NCBI RefSeq assembly: GCF_034335015.1
Contig: NZ_JAWXXK010000008.1
Span: forward strand, 64,833-96,832
Direction of reading: 5' to 3'
DNA: 32,000 nt
Source of the DNA: Neglectibacter caecimuris
Lineage (GTDB): Bacteria > Bacillota > Clostridia > Oscillospirales > Acutalibacteraceae
The stretch's first letter is position 1. Every line of letters starts with the position of its first letter. The notes below the pieces were generated by a model. It saw nothing but the letters and a program-made list of their open reading frames with translations, made no database searches and was not told the origin of the DNA. Position numbers and translations under genes: made by a program. Of this stretch, positions 25,103 through 31,849 are shown piece after piece.

Positions 25103-25948
25103 ATGATTGATGTAAAAAAACTGTATTTTAGCTATACTGACAAACCGTTTGTGGAGAATGTAAGTTTCCATGTTGGGAAAGGAGAAATTTTCGGTTTTTT
25201 AGGACCCTCTGGTGCTGGAAAATCAACCATACAAAAAGTATTGACTGGGCTTAATACAAAATATAAAGGCAGCGTAAAAGTTGCAGGTATTGAAATAAAG
25301 GAACACACAAATCGGTTTTATGAAAATATCGGTGTGGACTTTGAATTTTCTACCTGCTATGAGAAATTTACGGCACGACAAAACCTCGCCTATTTTGCTT
25401 CACTATATGAAAAGCAGCCCCGGTCTATTGACGAATTATTGCATATGGTGGGCTTGGAAAATGACGGGAACAAAAAGGTTTCTGACTTTTCCAAAGGTAT
25501 GCGTTCCCGCTTAAATTTTATCAAAGCGTTAATCCATGACCCCGATATATTATTCCTTGATGAACCAACAAGCGGTCTTGACCCTACAAATAATCGCTTG
25601 ATGAAAGATATTATCCTTGCAGAGAAGAAGCGCGGAAAAACTATCATAATCACCACTCACAATATGTTTGACGCAACGGAGCTATGCGACTATGTGGCTT
25701 TTATTGTTGCGGGAAAAGTCAGCGCGTTAGACAGACCACATAATTTAATCATGTCAAGGGGTGCTGCAAAAATACAATATACCTATTATGACAACGGCGA
25801 AAAAACCGGGGAATGTCTGCTTGACAGAACCACAGAGGATAAAACGTTAAAGAGTTTAATTTCTGAAAACCGTCTGCTTTCTATACATAGTAGCGAACCT
25901 ACATTAAATGACATTTTTGTTGATATTACGGGGAGGACACTACAATGA
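25103..25948 (+). CDS. ABC transporter ATP-binding protein
   Basis: Walker A GPSGAGKST, signature FSKGMRSRL and Walker B ILFLDEPTSGLD. SD AAGGAGG is upstream. Confidence 0.9.
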   Translation: MIDVKKLYFSYTDKPFVENVSFHVGKGEIFGFLGPSGAGKSTIQKVLTGLNTKYKGSVKVAGIEIKEHTNRFYENIGVDFEFSTCYEKFTARQNLAYFASLYEKQPRSIDELLHMVGLENDGNKKVSDFSKGMRSRLNFIKALIHDPDILFLDEPTSGLDPTNNRLMKDIILAEKKRGKTIIITTHNMFDATELCDYVAFIVAGKVSALDRPHNLIMSRGAAKIQYTYYDNGEKTGECLLDRTTEDKTLKSLISENRLLSIHSSEPTLNDIFVDITGRTLQ

Positions 25949-26628
25949 GATTAGGGCGTTTAATCCGTGGAGATATACATTTCCAATGGAAATATGGTTT
26001 CTACTTTATTTACTGTATCTTGACACTTCTGTATGTGTGCGCGATTGCTGCCTTGCCGGAGCATTGGAAAAAAGATATTGCAGCCATCATGATTTACTCT
26101 GACCCGGCAGCTATGGGCTTGTTTTTTATGGGGGCGATTGTACTTTTAGAAAAAAGTCAAAAGGTATTAAATGCTATGGTGGTATCACCTGTAAAGATGT
26201 CGGAATATATACTTTCAAAAACAATCGCACTGATTGCTATTTCCACAATTATTGCATTGATATTAGGATTAGTTTCCGGGAGCAATCATTTACTCGGTAT
26301 CGCCGTTGGAACCGCCTTAACATCGGCAATCTTTACTATGCTCGGCATAATTGCAGCTACAAAAATTTCAAACTTGAACCAATTTCTCATTGTAATTATG
26401 CCGATAGAAATTGTTTGTTTTGTTCCACCTATTGTTGGTCTATTTGTGGAATTGCCAAAAATATTTTGCTTTTTCCCGTTTATATCCTGCATGAACCTTA
26501 TAACCGGAACAAGCTCTTTACTATCATTTGATACGATACTTGTATTTTCTACGCTGATTATTCTCTATATGGTTGCGCGGCATACGGTTGAGCATATGTG
26601 GAGAAGTTTAGGGGGTGTAAAGCTATGA
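25945..26628 (+). CDS. ABC exporter permease subunit (ABC-2-like)
   Basis: 227-aa polytopic membrane protein. It overlaps the ATPase stop by 4 nt. Confidence 0.7.
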   Translation: MRLGRLIRGDIHFQWKYGFYFIYCILTLLYVCAIAALPEHWKKDIAAIMIYSDPAAMGLFFMGAIVLLEKSQKVLNAMVVSPVKMSEYILSKTIALIAISTIIALILGLVSGSNHLLGIAVGTALTSAIFTMLGIIAATKISNLNQFLIVIMPIEIVCFVPPIVGLFVELPKIFCFFPFISCMNLITGTSSLLSFDTILVFSTLIILYMVARHTVEHMWRSLGGVKL

Positions 26629-27323
26629 AAAAGATATTATCCAGTACCATACAGGTATTTAGGCAAATCAAGAGTGATCCTATGATGTTTGCAGCCTGTT
26701 TCACACCGTTTATTATGGGTGCCTTGATTAAGTTTGGTATTCCATTTCTTGAAAGAATAACAGAGTTTTCTTTGCAAGGGTACTATCCGATTTTTGATTT
26801 ATTGCTTTCTATCATGGCTCCTGTATTGCTTTGTTTTGCATTTGCCATGATTACGTTAGAGGAAATCGATGATAAAGTATCGCGGTACTTTTCAATTACC
26901 CCTCTTGGTAAGGTGGGGTATCTCTTTACAAGGTTGGTAGTACCCGCAATTATTTCAGCGGTCATTGCTTTTATCGTACTGTTGCTTTTTTCATTAGAAA
27001 AGTTGTCCATTGGAATGACAATATGTTTGGCGCTTCTCGGCTCAGTACAGGCAATCATTGTTTCACTTATGATTATTACGTTATCAGGTAATAAATTAGA
27101 GGGTATGGCTGTAACAAAACTCTCTGCACTTACACTATTAGGTATTCCAGCCCCTTTTTTTGTAAAGGGTATGTTTCAATATGTAGTTGGTTTTCTACCC
27201 TCATTTTGGGTGGGAAAAGCAATACAGAACAATGGTTATATAAATTTGCTGATTGCTTTACTCGTTGCTTCTATATGGTTCTATGTATTGATAAGCAAGT
27301 TATTGAAAAAATTAGCTGGTTAG
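26625..27323 (+). CDS. ABC exporter permease subunit (second)
   Basis: ATG 26625 (MKKILSS) overlaps the previous stop (ATGA). SD GGGGGTG is upstream. Polytopic membrane protein. Confidence 0.7.
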   Translation: MKKILSSTIQVFRQIKSDPMMFAACFTPFIMGALIKFGIPFLERITEFSLQGYYPIFDLLLSIMAPVLLCFAFAMITLEEIDDKVSRYFSITPLGKVGYLFTRLVVPAIISAVIAFIVLLLFSLEKLSIGMTICLALLGSVQAIIVSLMIITLSGNKLEGMAVTKLSALTLLGIPAPFFVKGMFQYVVGFLPSFWVGKAIQNNGYINLLIALLVASIWFYVLISKLLKKLAG

Positions 27324-27338
27324 GAGGTGATATATAAT

Positions 27339-27470
27339 ATGGCTTGGTATTGGTGGCTGATACTGATTGGTGTTTTAATTGCTATTGGGCTTCTCAAAAT
27401 TGTAATTATGAAAAAGTATAATGATAAGAAGAATTCAAACAATCGTTCAAAAGATAGTGAGGACAATTAA
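27339..27470 (+). CDS. 43-aa single-pass membrane micro-protein
   Basis: Below the ORF-track cutoff. SD TAGGAGGTG at 27321-27329 and ATG at 27339. Translation: MAWYWWLILIGVLIAIGLLKIVIMKKYNDKKNSNNRSKDSEDN, a hydrophobic helix with a charged tail. It starts 16 nt after the permease stop. Confidence 0.45.
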   Translation: MAWYWWLILIGVLIAIGLLKIVIMKKYNDKKNSNNRSKDSEDN

Positions 27471-27556
27471 GGCTAACTTTTAAAAGGCAGTAAAATTTGG
27501 GTATTCGATTGAAACGACGAAATAAATGCCTATACTGGCGGAAGGGATGTGACGAT

Positions 27557-28055
27557 ATGGGAAATTAGCTGTATTTGATGTATCTGAACCGGGCAGCAGA
27601 ATTGCGGAAAAGCTGCTCATGTTGTTAAGCGCCCGTCAGCGTCAGGAGTTAGTAAATTATCTTCTCGATTCTCAAAAGCAACAGAACAATCCGGCTGACA
27701 GCCCATGTGCCATTCCCGAAACTTATAAGGTGCAGACAGTCATTGATGAACCGTTTACAGAGATTCACATGGGTGATTTATACTTCTGCCAGGAACAACG
27801 GCTTGTATGTATTGGGGAGCAGGTAATCAAATTAACAGCTAAGGAATTTGACATCCTCGCTTTGTTAATTACTCACCCGAAGCGGGTATTTACTTATGAA
27901 CTGATTATGGAATTGGTCTGGAACGAGGATTATTCCTACTACTCCCGCAAGGCAGTCAATAACCATGTGAGTAATCTGCGGAAGAAATTGAAAATCATAC
28001 CTGGTTCCCCGGACTACATTAAAAGTGTTATTGGCATTGGTTACAAATTTGAAGT
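27557..28055 (+). repeat. Direct repeat copy 2 (wHTH regulator gene), collinear with 14640-15138
   Basis: See copy 1. The offset is 12917 bp. Confidence 0.9.
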
Positions 28056-28062
28056 ATTGTGA
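27619..28062 (+). CDS. OmpR/PhoB-type winged-helix DNA-binding protein without a receiver domain (copy 2)
   Basis: 147-aa ORF with the same Trans_reg_C-like C-terminus as 14813-15145. The frame is open upstream to 27553. A conserved SD-ATG lies at 27540-27559 in the +1 frame relative to it. Confidence 0.7.
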   Translation: MLLSARQRQELVNYLLDSQKQQNNPADSPCAIPETYKVQTVIDEPFTEIHMGDLYFCQEQRLVCIGEQVIKLTAKEFDILALLITHPKRVFTYELIMELVWNEDYSYYSRKAVNNHVSNLRKKLKIIPGSPDYIKSVIGIGYKFEVL

Positions 28063-28346
28063 TAAAGACCATGAGGCAATTTTATTTGTCTTGTGGTCTT
28101 TATCATAATATGGGGATCTTTTGTAAAATCCGTTCGAGACCGTGATTACCTTAAAACACACTTTATATAAGCCTTACCAGAACTATGATATTTCAAGGAA
28201 AAATATAGAATTTACCCCTATATAATTTCCCCAAAAGGAGGCTGATGAAGGATAGGCCTTCTGCGCTTCCTTTTCGGGGAGGGCTGATAAATGCTGCCAA
28301 AGGGGAATGTTCAACAGAAAGGTTATTTTGCATATAGAGCTTTATG

Positions 28347-28382
28347 CGCCGTAATCCATGTGGTGTGGATTGCGGCGTTTTT
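28347..28382 (+). terminator. Rho-independent terminator inside the leader of the sigma-factor gene
   Basis: CGCCGTAATCCA (28347-28358) pairs with TGGATTGCGGCG (28366-28377), 12 bp including one G-U. The loop is 7 nt and TTTTT follows at 28378-28382. Confidence 0.7.
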
Positions 28383-28562
28383 AAGTTTGACCGCATTTGA
28401 GGAAATACTTTATCATACATCTTCCTGCGCGCCCAATCTTTTATGGGCGCGCATTTCATATATAAGCGGCTGTTACAACAAGGGTTATCCGCGCTGCCGC
28501 TCCCCACCCTCTGATTTCGATTTTGCTTACCACCCTAAAAATCGAAATTGGAGGAATTACCC

Positions 28563-29012
28563 ATGAAAGAAATCAATCTGCGGGATTACTACCCGTTTTA
28601 TACACAGGACGTTATTGTTGAAGTGCCGGACGAGGTGGCTGATCTGCTCCGAGAGTATAAGCTGGCTGAAGCCGCCTATATCCTGCGTACATACCGTCAT
28701 AAGGCATATTTTTCTCTTGATTATGATGCCAACGTGGAGCGTGATGCGCTGGTGATCGTCCTGACACCAGCCGAAATTCTTGAACAGAAGGAGGAAAATG
28801 CCCGACTGTATCAGGCGCTTGCTTCCCTACCGGAGAAACAACGAAACCGGATAGCCTCGCATTTCCTGCTCGGCATGAGCATATCGGAAATTGCAAAAAG
28901 CGAGGGTTCCGGCGTCAGCTCCGTGCATGAAGGAATCCAGCGCGGACTTCGGCGTTTGAAAAAAGTTTTAGAAAAAATGGATACAGACCCCGAAAATAAT
29001 GCCCGAAAATGA
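28563..29012 (+). CDS. Sigma-70-family protein (region-4 HTH) typical of ICE regulatory modules
   Basis: SD GGAGG at 28550-28554 and ATG at 28563. C-terminal region-4-like HTH: LPEKQRNRIASHFLLGMSISEIAKSEGSGVSSVHEGIQRGLRRLKK. Confidence 0.75.
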   Translation: MKEINLRDYYPFYTQDVIVEVPDEVADLLREYKLAEAAYILRTYRHKAYFSLDYDANVERDALVIVLTPAEILEQKEENARLYQALASLPEKQRNRIASHFLLGMSISEIAKSEGSGVSSVHEGIQRGLRRLKKVLEKMDTDPENNARK

Positions 29013-29692
29013 AATGAATAATAGAGGGACATATTCGGCGGGACAAGCCTGATGGGTGTGGCCGTACAGCACATGCTCCGGCCCGCCCCGAATGTAAAAA
29101 TGTCATAACTGCCACGCCCCTCGCTGTTCCTTGACAACCGAATATACGTTGCTGTAGGTACGTCATTCTGTGTTCCGAGCGGCAAATGGGGCGGCGCAAA
29201 GACAGGCAGCTAAGGAGGTGATGAATCCGGCTATCCGAGCGATCCACGCAACTCATTGACCCGGCTGTGGCAGGCCGGGCGCGACGACGGCACAGATCAT
29301 AATGGTACTTTTTCACAATCCCTCACAGACTTGAAGGGAAGTCCCTGCGGTGTGCGCTTGCTCTGGCAAAGCGGCGGCATTTGTGGGGCTATGATGCGGT
29401 AAAGCTGGCCGCAGCCTATGGCAACCCCGCTTTGTGTAAACAGGGCTGCCGGGGGGCGTGGCAAATACGGCAAACAAAATCGAAATCAGATACAATGGGC
29501 CGGGTCTGTGGTTCTGGATGCCGCAGGCCCGACCTATTCATGTGGTTTTGATAATTCCACACACAAATTCAAACTATGGATAAATCGTAAATTTTTCAAT
29601 TAGCAGCAGACAAATGGCAGGCGGCGCGGTAGAATAATGGTAGGAAGTCATATCCCGCACACTGTCTTTGTCGGATGCAGAAAGGAGGGAAA

Positions 29693-29899
29693 ATGAGCCA
29701 GACAACAAACAGTGTGCAAAGAAATGTTCCCGAACAGAGGACTTACAAAGTGGAGGATATTGCTGCCATGCTGAATATTGGCCGCACTTCTGCTTATAGT
29801 CTGGTAAAAGAGGGTCATTTCAAAATTGTACGGGTTGGTAATGCCATACGAGTTTCCAAAAAATCATTTGATGAATGGTTAGACGCACAGACGTTCTAA
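29693..29899 (+). CDS. xis: Excisionase / helix-turn-helix DNA-binding protein
   Basis: SD AAAGGAGGG at 29681-29689 and ATG at 29693. HTH: YKVEDIAAMLNIGRTSAYSLVKEGHFKIVRVGNAIRVSKKSFDEWL. It lies directly upstream of int. Confidence 0.8.
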   Translation: MSQTTNSVQRNVPEQRTYKVEDIAAMLNIGRTSAYSLVKEGHFKIVRVGNAIRVSKKSFDEWLDAQTF

Positions 29900-29919
29900 C
29901 TTAGAAAGGAAGATCGAAT

Positions 29920-31305
29920 ATGGCATCTATTATCAAACGTAAAAAATCTTATTCCGTTGTTTACAACTATGTTGATGAAAATGGAGAAACGAAACAGAAA
30001 TGGGAAACTTGGCATACCCATAAAGAAGCCCTGAAACGGAAAGCAGAAGTTGAGAACCAGCAGAACAACGGCACATTTCTTCCTCCGAACAATCAAAAGG
30101 TATCGGATTTTCTGTATGACTTTGTTTCCACCTATGGAGAGAAAAAATGGGGCGTGTCTATGTATGACGGCCAAACAGCCCTGATTGCCAACTATATCAA
30201 TCCGATTATCGGAGACATGGAGGTTCAGGACATTACTCCCCGCGTGGTGGACAAGTACATTCAGACCCTTCAAAAGACGCCTTCTGTTTCCAGGAAGAAC
30301 CGGAAAGCCCGGACGGAATTTGTTACCAACCAGACCATTGAAAAGATTATCAAGCTGCTCCGCTGTGCTTTCAAGCAGGCGGTAAGATGGGAACTGATCG
30401 GGAAAAACCCTTTTGATAATGCGGTCCTTCCAAAGACCGAGTACAAAAAGCGGGACATCTGGGATGCGGAAACAATTCGTCTGGCGCTGGATCAGTGTAC
30501 GGACAGTAAGCTGTATATCGCCATGAATCTTGCTTTTGCGTGTTCTCTGCGTATGGGAGAGATTCTTGGACTAACCTGGAAAAATGTTCACATTGAGGAT
30601 GAAAATATTGCAGCGGACAATGCTTATATTTACATAGAGGCAGAGCTGACAAGGGCCTCCAAGCAGGCTATTGAAATGTTGGGGCAAAAAGATATTTATT
30701 ATATTTTTACCCCGCTCATGCCGAATACCAGTACCCGCCTGATTCTGAAAAAGCCGAAAACAGATTCCAGTGTCCGTAAGGTATGGCTGCCTAAAACGGT
30801 TGCCTATATCCTCCGTGAATGGAAAAAGTCGCAGGAAGAATTAAAGGGATTTCTCGGTGACGAGTACCAGGATTTTGACCTGGTGGTTGCGTTGCCAAAT
30901 GGCAGACCTTGCGAAAATCGGATTATCGAGAAAGAGTTTTCACTGTTGAAACAAAAGGCGGAGCTCCCTAACGTCGTCTTTCACTCTTTGAGACATTCCA
31001 GTACAACTTACAAGCTGAAACTCAACCACGGCGATCTGAAGGCCACACAGGGCGATACAGGACATGCAGAGATAGATATGATTACAAAGGTCTATGCTCA
31101 CATTCTCGACGAGGACCGCAAGATCAATGCGCAGAAATTTGAGAGTGCCTTCTATGCGAATCCTGATTTGAGGAAGGTAACGCCTCCGCAAGAACAGCCT
31201 CAGGCACAGACTGTAGACCTTGCGGCATTGATCGAACAGCTTCAAAAATCACCGGAGCTTGCAAGTACGCTGGCGGCGCTGATTGCAGGCCAAAAAGCGG
31301 TCTGA
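29920..31305 (+). CDS. int: Tyrosine-type site-specific recombinase (integrase) with an N-terminal arm-binding domain
   Basis: 461 aa. Catalytic residues sit in LRMGEILGL (Arg), HSLRHSSTT (His-x-x-Arg) and KVYAHIL (Tyr). The N-terminus MASIIKRKKSYSVVYNYVDENGETKQKWETW resembles arm-type binding domains. Confidence 0.95.
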   Translation: MASIIKRKKSYSVVYNYVDENGETKQKWETWHTHKEALKRKAEVENQQNNGTFLPPNNQKVSDFLYDFVSTYGEKKWGVSMYDGQTALIANYINPIIGDMEVQDITPRVVDKYIQTLQKTPSVSRKNRKARTEFVTNQTIEKIIKLLRCAFKQAVRWELIGKNPFDNAVLPKTEYKKRDIWDAETIRLALDQCTDSKLYIAMNLAFACSLRMGEILGLTWKNVHIEDENIAADNAYIYIEAELTRASKQAIEMLGQKDIYYIFTPLMPNTSTRLILKKPKTDSSVRKVWLPKTVAYILREWKKSQEELKGFLGDEYQDFDLVVALPNGRPCENRIIEKEFSLLKQKAELPNVVFHSLRHSSTTYKLKLNHGDLKATQGDTGHAEIDMITKVYAHILDEDRKINAQKFESAFYANPDLRKVTPPQEQPQAQTVDLAALIEQLQKSPELASTLAALIAGQKAV

Positions 31306-31313
31306 AATCTCAA

Positions 31314-31374
31314 ATTAGCAAAGAGGCAGTTTTTATTAGCAAGGCTCAGATTTTTGTTCGTTTCCAATTAGCAA
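31314..31374 (+). promoter_or_regulatory. Three direct ATTAGCAA repeats (candidate integrase arm-type sites)
   Basis: ATTAGCAA occurs at 31314-31321, 31335-31342 and 31367-31374, between the int stop and the tRNA. Confidence 0.5.
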
Positions 31375-31453
31375 AATATACACTGCAACTCATAAACATT
31401 CAACTACCCTCCAACCAAAGGAAGATGGTTTCGTCTAAGGATTATGGCTGAAC

Positions 31454-31491
31454 AAAAAAGCTGTAAACCCTTGAAAACAAAGGCTTACAGC
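31454..31491 (-). terminator. Rho-independent terminator of the tRNA transcription unit
   Basis: On the minus strand, GCTGTAAGCC pairs with GGTTTACAGC (one mismatch) and TTTTTT follows. It begins 9 nt past the tRNA 3-prime end. Confidence 0.7.
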
Positions 31492-31499
31492 GTTGTTTC

Positions 31500-31576
31500 T
31501 GGCGTCCCAGAGAGGATTTGAACCTCCGACCCCACGCTTAGGAGGCGTGTGCTCTATCCAACTGAGCTACTGGGAC
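31500..31576 (-). tRNA. tRNA-Arg (anticodon CCU), CCA-encoded
   Basis: The minus-strand sequence is GTCCCAGTAGCTCAGTTGGATAGAGCACACGCCTCCTAAGCGTGGGGTCGGAGGTTCAAATCCTCTCTGGGACGCCA. It folds into a full cloverleaf with acceptor 7 bp, D stem GCTC/GAGC, anticodon stem CACGC/GCGTG with loop CTCCTAA, and T stem GGAGG/CCTCT. Confidence 0.9.
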
Positions 31577-31611
31577 TTATGCAAAAAATATGAACTTGTA
31601 TTCCTAATTTA

Positions 31612-31668
31612 GACTCGAACCATCTACCGCTTAGGAGGGGGCTGTTATATCCGTTTAACTATGGAGGC
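31612..31668 (-). pseudogene. Truncated, degenerate tRNA-like remnant (CCU anticodon loop, no 3-prime acceptor strand)
   Basis: The minus-strand sequence is GCCTCCATAGTTAAACGGATATAACAGCCCCCTCCTAAGCGGTAGATGGTTCGAGTC. The acceptor 5-prime strand, D arm, CTCCTAA loop and GGTTCGAGTC T-loop are recognisable. The variable/T-stem region is too short and no complementary 3-prime strand follows. Confidence 0.45.
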
Positions 31669-31704
31669 GTATTCAAAGAACCAAGGTTTCCTCACTTCCC
31701 TTGT

Positions 31705-31733
31705 ATTTTACCGCAAGCGGCGGCTTTTGTCAA
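31705..31733 (-). promoter_or_regulatory. Consensus-like promoter TTGACA-N17-TAAAAT driving the tRNA unit
   Basis: On the minus strand the -35 is at 31728-31733 and the -10 at 31705-31710, with a 17-bp spacer. It lies about 36 nt upstream of the tRNA-like remnant. Confidence 0.65.
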
Positions 31734-31849
31734 TTTGAAAATATACTTTTGCTCTTTTCCCCGGCAAAGCTGCCTTGAATCGCCCTGAGGCGCACAAAGA
31801 AGCCGCCCAACGCATAAGATGGAAAAAGTTTGATCAGGAGGCGCTTTCC

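Larger units (their letters stand above)
1..31611. mobile_element. Right-hand portion of an integrative mobilizable/conjugative element (relaxase ... sigma-xis-int) abutting a tRNA-Arg locus. The left end lies outside the window.
   Basis: A relaxase sits at the left and excisionase plus tyrosine integrase at the right, directly followed by tRNA-Arg(CCU). Sequence beyond about 31700 is visibly more G+C-rich and starts a housekeeping-type amidase. The exact right boundary is uncertain (31500-31611). Confidence 0.8.

Noticed and set aside
28193-28566. ORFs of 104 aa (minus) and 91 aa (plus) in the sigma-gene leader
   Set aside because: They lack SD sequences, have implausible sequences and span terminator hairpins. 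I interpret the region as a regulatory leader.
29219-29257. 12-codon ORF (MNPAIRAIHATH) directly after a strong AAGGAGG at 29212-29218
   Set aside because: The SD abuts the start codon with only 2 nt of spacing, and the ORF is tiny. I noted it as part of the unexplained region rather than calling it a gene.
28612-29603. ORFs 28612-28896 (minus), 28811-29185 (minus), 28915-29316 (minus), 29313-29495 (minus) and 29418-29603 (plus)
   Set aside because: Three of them overlap the sigma gene, they are Arg/Cys/Gly-rich, and they have no translation signals. Open frames of this kind are expected by chance in locally GC-rich DNA.
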